The notes under the pieces: generated by a model | The model's database searches: none | The model's input: only the letters and a program-made list of their open reading frames with translations | Told to the model about the DNA's origin: nothing | Part shown: positions 41,771 to 52,367 of the stretch, piece after piece | How the letters are laid out: each line of letters opens with the position of its first letter | Numbering within the stretch: the stretch's first letter is position 1 | NCBI RefSeq assembly: GCF_041886205.1 | Contig: NZ_CP169029.1 | Source: Escherichia coli | Lineage (GTDB): Bacteria > Pseudomonadota > Gammaproteobacteria > Enterobacterales > Enterobacteriaceae | Direction: 5' to 3' (one strand) | Length of the DNA stretch: 64,000 nt | Position numbers and translations under genes: made by a program

Positions 41771-42670
41771 TTAACGCAACAGTGGACAATCTGGTGGTAA
41801 TCGACAACGCAACGCTGCCGGAAGTATTTCAATATGAAAATTTTGCCCACTCAACGGTTCGCCATCAAGATTAAAGGTGATGTCGTGTGGTGCCTGAATA
41901 TCAAACCACGACGAAGCGCCTTCGATAATATTCGGGTTATCTTCGTCAGATTTTAAGGTTGATACGAGAGCCGGAAGTATTTCATCGCCGGTAAAAATGC
42001 GCAGTTGCAGCAAGCCATCGTTAATTAACGCGTTCGGACACAATTGCTGACCGCCACCGGCCTGACGCCCGTTACCAATACCAATGACCAGGGCGTCACC
42101 TTGCCAGTGAAAGTTTTCACCGCGGATTTCACAACGGTCCGGTTGCAGAGTATCCATACGCATTAAGCCATGAATGATGTAAGAGACGCTACCCAGCGCG
42201 GCTTTTAATTTTTCCGGCGTTTCTGTGGTAATACGCGTCCCAAATCCGCCTGTCGCCATATTAATAAAACAGGTTTGTTTGTTGACCTGCGCCATATCTA
42301 TCGCAATGGCGTCACCGGCAATTGCCAGTTTCAGCGCCTTATCCAGTGCCTCAGGAATCCCTACACTGGTGGCAAAATCATTGGCGGTTCCTAATGGCAA
42401 AATTCCCAGCGCGGGTATGTCATCCCCCTCACACTGAATCAACGCCGTAGAAACTTCATTAATGGTGCCATCGCCACCACCGGCAATCACCGTTGCGACG
42501 CCCAACTTCCGGGCCTCCTCTACATATCGTGCGGCATCGCCTTTCTCCCAGGTGACCCGCACATGGATCGTCATTCCTTCCTCACGCAACAGCATAATTG
42601 CTTCGCGCAAGGGTAGATTGTCAGTACTTTTGCCATTAAGAATCAGTAAGCTGGCGGGAAATTCTGCCAT
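41771..42670 (-). CDS. yegS: Lipid kinase YegS (DAGK-catalytic-domain family)
   Basis: 299 aa with the GGDGT motif ([12 protein letters not shown]). Confidence 0.93.
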   Translation of the reverse strand: MAEFPASLLILNGKSTDNLPLREAIMLLREEGMTIHVRVTWEKGDAARYVEEARKLGVATVIAGGGDGTINEVSTALIQCEGDDIPALGILPLGTANDFATSVGIPEALDKALKLAIAGDAIAIDMAQVNKQTCFINMATGGFGTRITTETPEKLKAALGSVSYIIHGLMRMDTLQPDRCEIRGENFHWQGDALVIGIGNGRQAGGGQQLCPNALINDGLLQLRIFTGDEILPALVSTLKSDEDNPNIIEGASSWFDIQAPHDITFNLDGEPLSGQNFHIEILPAALRCRLPPDCPLLR

Positions 42671-43075
42671 GATCGTATGTGCCTTTATGATTGGTCTGTA
42701 GATAGTGTAGAGCAGAAAACAAAAGGTGGAGTCAGAACAGGATGAAAGTCGGAGGATAAAAAGTCAGTTCAAGTATGGAGGATTCAGTGGTTACCACCAG
42801 GAGCTTGCAATGGGGACAGCGAATACTAACGGCTGCCACCGATAAATTTCAAAAAAGAGCATATACCTAATATTCAACTAAACAGTGGCATCTTCAATAT
42901 AATATATTAAAGCCCCCATGGAGTTACCCTGAAGGGCCTCAATGTCCGTAATTCCTACTTATGTAGGAAATGTTGTACAGAACATTTATTATAATCCTAT
43001 TCAATTATAATAATCATGCCATTATTATATTTAAACACTAGAGAGTGTCGTTGGTATTTAATGGGGGAAGGTGAG

Positions 43076-43393
43076 ATGAAAAAGATAGCTGCTATATCAT
43101 TAATTAGTATTTTTATTATGTCTGGTTGTGCTGTGCATAATGATGAGACAAGTATCGGTAAATTTGGTCTTGCATATAAAAGTAATATTCAGCGTAAACT
43201 CGATAACCAATACTACACCGAAGCCGAAGCTTCTTTAGCCAGGGGTAGAATATCTGGTGCAGAAAATATAGTAAAAAATGATGCAACTCATTTCTGTGTT
43301 ACTCAGGGCAAAAAAATGCAAATAGTTGAGCTGAAGACAGAAGGTGTAGGATTACATGGTGTCGCTCGTCTGACATTCAAATGTGGAGAGTGA
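43076..43393 (+). CDS. yegR: Small lipoprotein YegR (105 aa)
   Basis: ORF 43016..43393. The start is taken at MKKIAAISLISIFIMSGC (lipobox), preceded by GAAGGTGAG. Confidence 0.8.
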   Translation: MKKIAAISLISIFIMSGCAVHNDETSIGKFGLAYKSNIQRKLDNQYYTEAEASLARGRISGAENIVKNDATHFCVTQGKKMQIVELKTEGVGLHGVARLTFKCGE

Positions 43394-43552
43394 GAATATT
43401 TTTTGGTAAGCGTCAAATATGCGCGTTCTGGCTGTGCGTAGCCGGAACCTGTGGGAGCACGATGCCGATAAGTGAAAGGCATCGTGCTATGAAGGAGGAT
43501 TCTATCGATGTGGTCAATGGAAGACGGTTACCAGAGATAGGGCTTATGCATA

Positions 43553-43639
43553 AAAAAATAAGCCCGTGTAAGGGAGATTACACAGGCTAAGGAGGTGGTT
43601 CCTGGTACAGCTAGCATTTTATGGGTTATGTTTTTCAGC
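43553..43639 (-). ncRNA. cyaR: CyaR (RyeE) Hfq-dependent sRNA
   Basis: The reverse complement reads GCTGAAAAACATAACCCATAAAATGCTAGCTGTACCAGGAACCACCTCCTTAGCCTGTGTAATCTCCCTTACACGGGCTTATTTTTT. This matches the recalled CyaR sequence, including its terminator hairpin and U-tail. Confidence 0.9.
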
Positions 43640-43674
43640 GAAACGGATGATAACCTTAATAAATGCAGCTGTAT

Positions 43675-43690
43675 GTGATCGGTTTCTAAG
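43675..43690. promoter_or_regulatory. Probable CRP site of the cyaR promoter
   Basis: TGTGATCGGTTTCTAA has one perfect TGTGA half-site, 6-nt spacing and a degenerate second half. It is centred about 40 nt upstream of the CyaR 5' end. A TATCAT -10 lies about 7 nt upstream of +1. Confidence 0.5.
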
Positions 43691-43723
43691 AATTTTCCAT
43701 CCGGGAAAAATAATCGAAATTAA

Positions 43724-45085
43724 TCACTTACCGTGTGGGTTACGCGTGGTTTCCCCGGAGAAATTACGCATCAGCAGAGCGTAATTGAGCTCAAGATCCT
43801 GCGGGACCGGGAGCCACACAGTATAACCATCGCCTGGTGCGACCGGCATCGCTTCACCTTTGGCGTTTTCCATGTGCTCAAGGGTAAAGTTAATGTTGCC
43901 TTGCGGCGTCATCAGCTCAAGGCTGTCGCCAACGGAGAATTTATTTTTCACCGCTACCGCCGCGAGGTCCCCCTTGCGCTCACCGGTAAACTCACCAACA
44001 AACTGCTGGCGGTCAGAAACTGAATAACCGTATTCGTAGTTCTGATAATCGTCGTGAGTATGACGACGCAGGAAACCTTCGGTATAGCCACGATGCGCCA
44101 GACCTTCCAGAGTTTCCAGCAGGCTGGTATCGAACGGTTTGCCCGCAGCGGCGTCATCGATAGCTTTACGGTAAACCTGTGCGGTGCGTGCGCAATAGTA
44201 GAAAGATTTAGTACGGCCTTCGATTTTCAGCGAATGCACGCCCATTTTGGTCAGGCGTTCTACATGGGCGATGGCGCGCAGATCTTTCGAGTTCATGATG
44301 TAAGTGCCGTGCTCATCTTCAAACGCGGTCATATACTCGCCCGGACGCTGGGCTTCTTCGATCATAAACACTTTGTCGGTTGGCGCGCCGATACCCAGCG
44401 TCGGCTCAACATTTTGCACCGGAATCGGCTCGTACTTGTGTACGATGTTGCCAACGTCATCTTCTTTCCCTTCCTGGACGTTGTACTCCCAGCGGCAGGC
44501 GTTGGTGCAGGTACCCTGGTTCGGATCGCGCTTGTTGATATAGCCAGAGAGCAGGCAGCGACCGGAGTAGGCCATGCACAGTGCGCCGTGAACGAAGATC
44601 TCGATCTCCATATCCGGCACCTGATTGCGGATCTCTTCAATCTCTTCCAGCGACAGCTCGCGAGAGAGGATCACGCGGGTCAGGCCCATTTGCTGCCAGA
44701 ATTTCACCGTCGCCCAGTTTACGGCGTTAGCCTGCACCGAGAGGTGGATCGGCATTTCAGGGAAGTGCTCACGCACCAGCATAATCAGCCCTGGATCGGA
44801 CATAATCAGCGCATCCGGCCCCATTTCCACCACCGGTTTCAGGTCACGGATAAAGGTTTTCAGCTTGGCGTTGTGCGGTGCAATGTTGACCACGACATAA
44901 AACTTTTTCCCCAGCGCGTGGGCTTCATTGATGCCGAGCTGAAGATTTTCGTGGTTGAATTCGTTGTTGCGCACACGCAGGGAGTAACGCGGCTGGCCCG
45001 CATAAACAGCATCTGCGCCATAAGCGAAAGCGTAACGCATATTTTTCAGCGTTCCCGCCGGGGAAAGGAGTTCCGGTTTAAACAT
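43724..45085 (-). CDS. yegQ: Peptidase-U32-family protein (tRNA ho5U hydroxylation factor TrhP/YegQ)
   Basis: 453-aa ORF, U32-type. The functional name is recalled from the literature. Confidence 0.9.
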   Translation of the reverse strand: MFKPELLSPAGTLKNMRYAFAYGADAVYAGQPRYSLRVRNNEFNHENLQLGINEAHALGKKFYVVVNIAPHNAKLKTFIRDLKPVVEMGPDALIMSDPGLIMLVREHFPEMPIHLSVQANAVNWATVKFWQQMGLTRVILSRELSLEEIEEIRNQVPDMEIEIFVHGALCMAYSGRCLLSGYINKRDPNQGTCTNACRWEYNVQEGKEDDVGNIVHKYEPIPVQNVEPTLGIGAPTDKVFMIEEAQRPGEYMTAFEDEHGTYIMNSKDLRAIAHVERLTKMGVHSLKIEGRTKSFYYCARTAQVYRKAIDDAAAGKPFDTSLLETLEGLAHRGYTEGFLRRHTHDDYQNYEYGYSVSDRQQFVGEFTGERKGDLAAVAVKNKFSVGDSLELMTPQGNINFTLEHMENAKGEAMPVAPGDGYTVWLPVPQDLELNYALLMRNFSGETTRNPHGK

Positions 45086-45231
45086 AATTCTCTCGTTCTG
45101 ATGACAGGTCAGATCCGCTTCACCTGATGAAGCGGTTAGGGGAGTGCCCCCACTTTAAGGGCGGGCATTGTAGCGCTGTGGGGGGATCTGGTAAAGCGCC
45201 GGACGCCAACAACCCACGCCCGGCATCGTAA

Positions 45232-45564
45232 TTACGTATTGTCTTTCACCGTCTGGCTTGTGCCATTGGCTTTAACGGAGGCAATTCCGGTTTCACGAGA
45301 TTGCGCGGTGGCGTACATCTGGCTGGAGCCGATAATTTGATGATTAGCGGCTTTCAGATTGAAATAGAATTTGCCGTTACTTGCCGTTTTTTTCTCATAG
45401 CGTTCTTCTTGCGGGCTGTTGCTACGCACCGACGCGATGCCCTTTTCCGCAGAGGCTTTTGAGGTATAAAGCTCGCTGGTGAGGATAGTCTCACCATTGC
45501 CCGCTTTTAGCACAAACCGGAACTGATTATCACTGCTCTTACTGAGTTCAAACCAACCAGCCAT
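45232..45564 (-). CDS. yegP: YegP, tandem DUF1508 protein (110 aa)
   Basis: ORF 45232..45603. The start is taken at MAGWFELSKSSDNQFRFVLKAGNGE. An internal duplication is visible (FRFVLKAGNGETILTSELYTSKASAEKGIASV / FYFNLKAANHQIIGSSQMYATAQSRETGIASV). Confidence 0.88.
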   Translation of the reverse strand: MAGWFELSKSSDNQFRFVLKAGNGETILTSELYTSKASAEKGIASVRSNSPQEERYEKKTASNGKFYFNLKAANHQIIGSSQMYATAQSRETGIASVKANGTSQTVKDNT

Positions 45565-45754
45565 AATGACTCCTTGATTGAAATTGTGTATCGAAAACAG
45601 CATCTAAAGGTGCTGTTTACCGATTAAAGTATGAGCGATTTTCTGATGCCTGCCAGGGCGGAGAGATAATGTCAGTTTGCTGACCATGCGTGGGATAATG
45701 TTGCCGGATCTGGTCTGAACGCCATCTCCGGCTAACAAAATAATGTCGCTAAAA

Positions 45755-46477
45755 CTAAACGATGCGGCAGGCGTCGGCTTCCCAGCGGTAACCGACGCCA
45801 TAAACGGCGCGGATAAATGACTGTTCGGCGTCGAGAGATTCCAGCTTGCGGCGCAGGTTTTTAATGTGGCTGTCGATGGTGCGGTCGGTTACTACGCGGT
45901 AGTCGTCATAAAGATGATTGAGCAATTGCTCGCGGGAGAACACTTTTCCTGGTTCGTGAGAGAGCGTTTTCAGCAGACGAAATTCCGCAGGCGTCAGGTC
46001 AAGCATTTTACCGCGCCATGAAGCCTGAAAACGACCTTCGTCGATAATCAACGGGCTTTCAGCATCCTGTTGCTGCAACTCGCGCTGCGGTTTGCAACGG
46101 CGCAAAATGGTTTTGACGCGCGCTACCACTTCCCGTGGGCTGTACGGCTTACAGATATAATCATCTGCGCCAATCTCCAGCCCCAGCAGGCGATCGATCT
46201 CTTCGATTTTTGCCGTCACCATCACGATCGGAATGTCAGAAAAACGACGAATTTCCCGGCACAGCGTCAGGCCATCGGTGCCAGGGAGCATCAGATCTAA
46301 CAGGATCAGATCCGGTGGTGTCTGGCGCACATACGGCAGTACCTGATCGCCGTGGCTGATAAGCGTCGGCGCATAGCTCGCAGCACGCAGATAATCAATG
46401 AGCAACTGCCCCAGCTTCGGTTCATCTTCCACGATCAAAATACGCGGTGTGTTTTCGTCGATTGGTAACTCGGTCAT
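45755..46477 (-). CDS. baeR: OmpR-family response regulator BaeR
   Basis: 240 aa with a receiver domain (ILIVEDE...[11 protein letters not shown]) and a winged-helix output domain. Confidence 0.95.
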
Positions 46478-47877
46478 ACTTCTCTCTGTAAATCCCGTTC
46501 CAGCGGTAACTCTACTGTAATGCTTACCCCGCCAAAAGGCGAATGGGCAGCAATAATGCGACCATTATGTGCTTCAACAATGTTCAGGCAAATCGCCAGC
46601 CCCAGCCCGGAACCGCCGCTGGCACGGTTGCGGGAACCTTCGGTGCGATAAAAACGTTCAAACAATTTTTGTAGCTGATCGTCACTGACACCTGGCGCAC
46701 TGTCGGCAAAGGTCAGGCGCACCGTTTTGTCGCGCTGCCCGGCAGAGATTTGCAGGCTGCCGCCGCTGTCAGTGTAGCGCAGGCTGTTTTCCAGTAAGTT
46801 ATTGAATAACTGCATTAAACGGTCGCGATCGCCAAATACGGTAATACTGTCTGGCAGGGAAAATTGCAGTTTCAGGCCACGACTGGCGAATCGTTCGCGA
46901 AATGCGCCGCCCGCCACTTCCAGCAGTGGGATCAAATCTACCGGTGCTTTTTGATAGGCGAGAGCGCCTTCATCAGACATCGACAACTGATGGAGATCGT
47001 CAACCAGTTTGGTCAGTGTACCGACCTCCGCCTGTAAAGACGCCACCGTCTCCGGCGTGAATTTACGCACGCCATCCTGAATGGCTTCCAGTTCACCGCG
47101 CAGCACCGCTAATGGCGTACGCAGTTCGTGAGAAATATCGGCCATAAAATCGCGCCGCATTTGCTGGTTTTTCTCCAGTGTGCTGGCAAGCTGGTTGAAG
47201 TCTTGCGCCAGTTTGCCCAGTTCATCTTCACTGGTGGGCGTTACGCGGGTAGTGAAATCGCCCGCCGCCAGTTTGTGCGTGCCATCGACAAGTCGTTTTA
47301 CCGGTGCCAGTAAACCGCGCGCCAGCAGAAAAGTGGCAAGTGCCGCGAGTAACGTTGCCAGGGCGACAATCAACCAGCTGGTTTGCCGCTGTTGTTTATC
47401 GAAATTGATATCAGTATTGCGCGTTAACCGCTCAACGGGGGAGGCGATCACCGCGCCAACTTCCGCACCGTTGACCAGAATGGGTCGCCGTGTACCGTCA
47501 GGTGGAATCGGCGCTCGCGGACCAACCAGCACTTTGTTGTTTTGATCAACCACCCAGAACTGGGTACGCCAGCCGTGCGGTGGCATACCCGGGCCGGGTT
47601 TATCTTCCGAATTATCGTGTTCAAATGAACGCAGGATCTGAAAGACAAAGCGATCATTGTTGCGCAGGAAGCGCCAGTTGCCATGCTGCGCATACTGCTC
47701 GCCAAGCGCATCACTTAACAGTTGTAATCGCTGTTCATTACCATGCTTGATGTAATCAATAAAGCCACGCTCAAAACTGATACGCACCGCCCAGTGCATA
47801 CTGATCAGCAAGACAATGCAGGTGGCGAAAATCGCCAGAAACAGTTTGCCGGTAATACCGGGTCGCCAGAACTTCAT
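46474..47877 (-). CDS. baeS: Sensor histidine kinase BaeS
   Basis: 467 aa with an H-box [13 protein letters not shown] and N and G boxes. It overlaps both neighbours by 4 nt. Confidence 0.95.
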
Positions 47878-49289
47878 TGCGCGCTCCTTTTTCGCCGCGA
47901 AATAGCTACATTTTGATGCGTATCGTTCGGCACTCTGGCAAAGATGAACGCCGGAAGGGCGATGATCAACGCCATGCTAAGCCAGGTGTACATAAAGACG
48001 GTTTGTGTGGTGCCGCTGTCGACGCTGACATGCTGTGAACCAAAAAGTCCCAGCAACAGCCCGGCGATAGTGACGCCGATACTCATCGACAATTGCATAA
48101 TCATCGACAGCAGGCTGTTGCCGCTGCTCGCCAGATTGTCCGGGAGATCTTTCAGCGTCAGGGTGTTCATGGAGGAGAAACGCGTCGAGTTGACCATCCC
48201 TTGTAAAAACAGGACGAACGGCAAAACGTAGTACCAGCCCAGCAGGGCGGTAGTCATAAACAACAGGGTGACCAGCGACAGACCCAGCGTGGTCGCTACC
48301 AGTACCCGACGATAACCAAAGCGATTCACCACCTGTACCACAATTCGCTTCATTCCCATGCTGCCAAGCACCATCGGGATCATCATCAGTCCGGCATGAA
48401 ACGGCGAGAAACCGAGGCCAATTTGCAGGAAAACCGGTGTCATAAAGGGCAACATGCCACTGCCAATACGTCCGGCAAAGCTCCCCGCCAGGCCCAGCGA
48501 AAAGGTACGAGTACGGAACAGTTTCAGACTGAACAGGGCACGGTTGTTATTTCTGGCGTGCAGCAGATAAAGCACCAGTGCCACCACGCCAACTGCGACC
48601 AGGCCTGCAATCGTCAGCGGCGATAAACCTGTACCTTTACTGCCGTCCAGCGCCAGGGTTAATACCGCCATGCCAACCGCCAGCAATAAAAATCCGGAGA
48701 GATCAAAGCGCCGCGTCTGCATGGTGTAGTTTGGCATTAACAGCAATGTGGCGATCGCACCGATAATCCCCACCGGAATGTTGATCAAAAAGATCCAGTG
48801 CCACGATGCGTACTCCACCAGCAGACCGCCGAGCGCCGGACCGAGCAGCGGACCGACCTGACCGGGTAACGTGACAAAGGTCATCGCCGCCATATATTGC
48901 TCGCGCGGTACGATTTTCATCACCGTCAATCTGCCGACCGGCACCATCATCGCGCCGCCAACGCCCTGTAACGCGCGTGCCAGCAACAGTTCGTTCAGCG
49001 TGCCGGAAAGCGCGCAAAACAGTGAACCGAGAGTAAACAGCACGATGGCGGTAAAGAAAATATTGCGCACGCCGACTTTGTCCGCCAGCCAGCCGCTGGC
49101 GGGCAGCATCACCGCCACGGTCAGCACATAAGAGACAATGACCATGTGCATATGCAACGGACTTTCCCCGAGGCTTTGCGCCATTGAGGGAAGGGCGGTG
49201 TTTACGATGGTGGTGTCCAGCGACTGCATAAAGAAGCCGAAAGCCACAATCCACAATTGCCAACGGGTGCTGTCGGGAAGATCTGTCAT
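47874..49289 (-). CDS. mdtD: MFS transporter MdtD
   Basis: 471 aa, 14-TMS-type MFS. Confidence 0.93.
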   Translation of the reverse strand: MTDLPDSTRWQLWIVAFGFFMQSLDTTIVNTALPSMAQSLGESPLHMHMVIVSYVLTVAVMLPASGWLADKVGVRNIFFTAIVLFTLGSLFCALSGTLNELLLARALQGVGGAMMVPVGRLTVMKIVPREQYMAAMTFVTLPGQVGPLLGPALGGLLVEYASWHWIFLINIPVGIIGAIATLLLMPNYTMQTRRFDLSGFLLLAVGMAVLTLALDGSKGTGLSPLTIAGLVAVGVVALVLYLLHARNNNRALFSLKLFRTRTFSLGLAGSFAGRIGSGMLPFMTPVFLQIGLGFSPFHAGLMMIPMVLGSMGMKRIVVQVVNRFGYRRVLVATTLGLSLVTLLFMTTALLGWYYVLPFVLFLQGMVNSTRFSSMNTLTLKDLPDNLASSGNSLLSMIMQLSMSIGVTIAGLLLGLFGSQHVSVDSGTTQTVFMYTWLSMALIIALPAFIFARVPNDTHQNVAISRRKRSAQ

Positions 49290-52200
49290 TTACTCGGTTA
49301 CCGTTTGTTTAGGTTTACGCGAAAAACGCAGCCGCAGACGGTCGAAAAAGAGATACACCACCGGCGTGGTATACAGCGTAAGGAGCTGGCTCATTACCAG
49401 TCCGCCGACAATGGTGATCCCCAGGGGTTGCCGCAGCTCCGAGCCGTCGCCGCCCGACAATACCAGCGGCAGCGCACCAAACAGCGCCGCCAGGGTAGTC
49501 ATCATAATCGGGCGAAAACGCAGCAGACAGGCCTGGAAAATAGCTTCCTGCGGCGTCAGGTTACCGTGCCGTTGGGCTTCAAGCGCAAAATCGACCATCA
49601 TAATGGCGTTTTTCTTCACGATGCCGATTAATAGCATGATCCCTATCAGGGCGATTAGGCTGAACGGGGCATTGAACAGCTCCAGCGCCAACAGCGCTCC
49701 AACGCCCGCCGAGGGCAGGGTGGAGAGAATCGTCAGCGGATGTACGTAACTCTCGTAAAGGATACCCAGCACGATATACACCGTGGCGATGGCGGCGATA
49801 ATCAGGATCACCTGCGAGTTCATCGTCTCCTGGAACACCTGCGCCGTGCCGGCAAAACTGCCGCGCACCGTCGAAGGCACACCAAGCTGGGTCATTGCGC
49901 GATCGATCGCCGCACTGGCGTCCGAGAGCGATTTTCCGGTCGGCAGGTTAAACGAAATGGTCGAGGCCGCCGATAATCCCTGATGATTCACCGATAGTGG
50001 GGCATTCGCCGGTTGCCATTTAGCGAAATACGACAGCGGGATCGCTTTGCCTTCGTTATTGATAACGAACATTTTTTCCAGCGCACTGATGTCCTGGGTA
50101 TAGCGCGGATCCACTTCCATCACCACTTTATACTGGTTCATCGGCTGGTAAATGGTCGAGATTTGCCGCTGACCGAAGGCGTTATTTAACAGACTGTTGG
50201 CGGCTTGTACGTCGATTCCCAGCCGTGCCATGGTGTCGCGGTCGTAAACCAGATTCATCTCCGCGCCGTTATCCTGCTGATCGGAGTTCACGTCCGCCAG
50301 TTCCGGCAACGTCGCCAGTTTTTTGCGGATTTTCGGCTCCCATTCTCGCAGTGCCGCCAGGTCGTCGGATAACAACGTGTACTGGTAGCTGGCGTTCGAC
50401 TGACGCCCACCAACGCGAATATCCTGTACCGCCATCAGGAACAGATTCGCCCCCGGTTCTTTCGCCAGTTTTACGCGCAGACGGTCGATAATTTGCTGCG
50501 CCGTTTCGCTGCGTTCGTCGCGTGGCTTGAGGGTGATAAACATCATCCCGCTGTTCACTCGCGAACCGCCTGTAAAGCCGGTGACATTATCCACTGCCGG
50601 ATCGTCACGGATAATTTTCATGAAATCCTGCAACTTACCGCGCATCGCCTGAAACGAAATACTCTGATCCGCCTGAATCCCGCCCATCAACACGCCAGTG
50701 TCCTGCTCCGGGAAGAAGGTTTTCGGGATCGAGATATACAGCCAGATATTCAGCGCAATGGTGCCAAGCAGCACCACGCCCACCAGATGGGTATGATTGA
50801 GCACCCATTTCAGTGACTTGCCGTAGCCTTGTTGCAGGGCTACCAACATGCGACCAAAACCACGCAGTCGCTTTTGCTCGCGCGGCTTGCTGGCTTTCAG
50901 CATCCAGCCACACATCATTGGCGTTAATGTCAGAGAAACCAGCAACGATATACCAATGGCGACAGAAAGCGTCACGGCAAATTCGCGTAACAGTCGGCCC
51001 GGCAATCCGCCCATCAACAGCAGCGGCAGGAACACCGCCACCAGTGACAGACTCATCGACAGCACCGTAAAACCGACTTCGCGAGTACCTTGCAGTGCGG
51101 CTTGCAACGGTTTCATTCCCGCTTCCAGATGACGTGCAATGTTTTCCAGCACCACGATGGCGTCATCCACCACGAAACCAGTAGCGATGGTGAGCGCCAT
51201 TAACGAAAGGTTATTGAGACTGAATCCGCACAGGTACATCGCCGCAAACGTACCAATCAGCGAAACCGGCACCGAAACGGCGGGAATAATAGTGGCGCGA
51301 CCCGAGCGCAGGAATAAAAACACCACCAGAATCACCAGCGCCACCGAGATAATCAGCGTTTGCTCGACTTCTTCCAGCGAGGCGCGAATGGTGGGGGAGC
51401 GATCCTGGGCAATTTGCAGATCAATCGCCGCCGGAATGGTTTCCTGCAACTCCGGTAATTTTGCCCGGATGCTGTCAACCGTCTGGATAATATTGGCTTC
51501 CGGCAGTTTGCGGATCATCAGTAAAATAGCCGGTTTGGCGTTGGTCATCCCGGCGTTGCGCACATCCTGCACTGAGTCGGTCACCGTCGCCACATCGCCC
51601 AGACGAACCGCGCCGCCGTTGTTGTAGTGAATAATCAACGGCTGATATTCAGCGGCGGTTTTTAGCTCATCATTGGTCTGGATCTGCCAGCGGTGAGTGC
51701 CATCTTCCAGCGCGCCCTGCGGTTTACGCACGTTGGCATTGCTGACGGCGGTGCGTACGTCGTCCAGCGACACGCCCTGATTAAACAGCGCCTGCGGATT
51801 CAGCCCGACGCGTACGGCGGGCAGTGAGCTGCCTCCGACATCGACATCACCAACACCGTCGATTTGCGAAATTGTCGGAGCCAGCTGCGTCGAGGCGAAA
51901 TCGTACAGTTCACCCTGCGAATAAGTATCGGACGTCAGCGTGAGGATCATAATTGGCGCATCCGACGGGTTCGCTTTGCGATAGGTCGGGCGGCTGGGCA
52001 TCCCACTGGGCAGCAAACTTTGTGCAGCGTTGATCGCCGCCTGCACATCACGCGCTGCGCCGTTGATATCCCGGTCAAAATCAAACTGCAAAATAATACG
52101 CGTGCTGCCGAGCGAACTGCTGGAGGTCATTTCACTGACTCCGGCAATGCGCCCAAGTGAGCGCTCCAGCGGCGTGGCAACGGAAGACGCCATTGTTTCT

Positions 52201-52367
52201 GGTGACGCACCGGGCAGCGAGGCGCTGACCATAATCACCGGAAAATCGACCTGCGGCAGCGGGGCGACCGGCAGCATACGGAAGCCCAGTATGCCGCACA
52301 GGGTAATGGCAACCGACAGTAAAATCGTCGCCACCGGACGGTAAATGAAGAGGGCAAAAAACTTCAC
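49290..52367 (-). CDS. mdtC: RND efflux pump subunit MdtC
   Basis: 1025-aa RND permease. Confidence 0.95.
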   Translation of the reverse strand: MKFFALFIYRPVATILLSVAITLCGILGFRMLPVAPLPQVDFPVIMVSASLPGASPETMASSVATPLERSLGRIAGVSEMTSSSSLGSTRIILQFDFDRDINGAARDVQAAINAAQSLLPSGMPSRPTYRKANPSDAPIMILTLTSDTYSQGELYDFASTQLAPTISQIDGVGDVDVGGSSLPAVRVGLNPQALFNQGVSLDDVRTAVSNANVRKPQGALEDGTHRWQIQTNDELKTAAEYQPLIIHYNNGGAVRLGDVATVTDSVQDVRNAGMTNAKPAILLMIRKLPEANIIQTVDSIRAKLPELQETIPAAIDLQIAQDRSPTIRASLEEVEQTLIISVALVILVVFLFLRSGRATIIPAVSVPVSLIGTFAAMYLCGFSLNNLSLMALTIATGFVVDDAIVVLENIARHLEAGMKPLQAALQGTREVGFTVLSMSLSLVAVFLPLLLMGGLPGRLLREFAVTLSVAIGISLLVSLTLTPMMCGWMLKASKPREQKRLRGFGRMLVALQQGYGKSLKWVLNHTHLVGVVLLGTIALNIWLYISIPKTFFPEQDTGVLMGGIQADQSISFQAMRGKLQDFMKIIRDDPAVDNVTGFTGGSRVNSGMMFITLKPRDERSETAQQIIDRLRVKLAKEPGANLFLMAVQDIRVGGRQSNASYQYTLLSDDLAALREWEPKIRKKLATLPELADVNSDQQDNGAEMNLVYDRDTMARLGIDVQAANSLLNNAFGQRQISTIYQPMNQYKVVMEVDPRYTQDISALEKMFVINNEGKAIPLSYFAKWQPANAPLSVNHQGLSAASTISFNLPTGKSLSDASAAIDRAMTQLGVPSTVRGSFAGTAQVFQETMNSQVILIIAAIATVYIVLGILYESYVHPLTILSTLPSAGVGALLALELFNAPFSLIALIGIMLLIGIVKKNAIMMVDFALEAQRHGNLTPQEAIFQACLLRFRPIMMTTLAALFGALPLVLSGGDGSELRQPLGITIVGGLVMSQLLTLYTTPVVYLFFDRLRLRFSRKPKQTVTE

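Noticed and set aside
41692-41874. A 60-codon ORF after gatR.
   Set aside because: It starts inside a REP element and overlaps the 3' end of yegS on the opposite strand.
43381-43590. A 69-codon ORF spanning the yegR-cyaR gap.
   Set aside because: It overlaps the yegR stop and runs into the CyaR terminator. It has no ribosome-binding site, and the region is better explained by the sRNA and the att core.
44054-45127. A 357-codon ORF on the plus strand, one of the longest unexplained ORFs in the track.
   Set aside because: It lies entirely antisense to yegQ, which has a clear peptidase-U32-type product. It has no Shine-Dalgarno sequence or independent promoter signal, and its product is low-complexity and rich in Arg, His and Val. 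This is the typical shadow ORF opposite a gene with strong codon bias.
48703-49749. ORFs of 186 and 203 codons overlapping mdtD and mdtC (48703..49263 minus strand in an alternative frame; 49138..49749 plus strand).
   Set aside because: They lie in alternative or antisense frames of well-supported transporter genes. Their products are Arg/Ser/Ala-rich and they have no translation signals.
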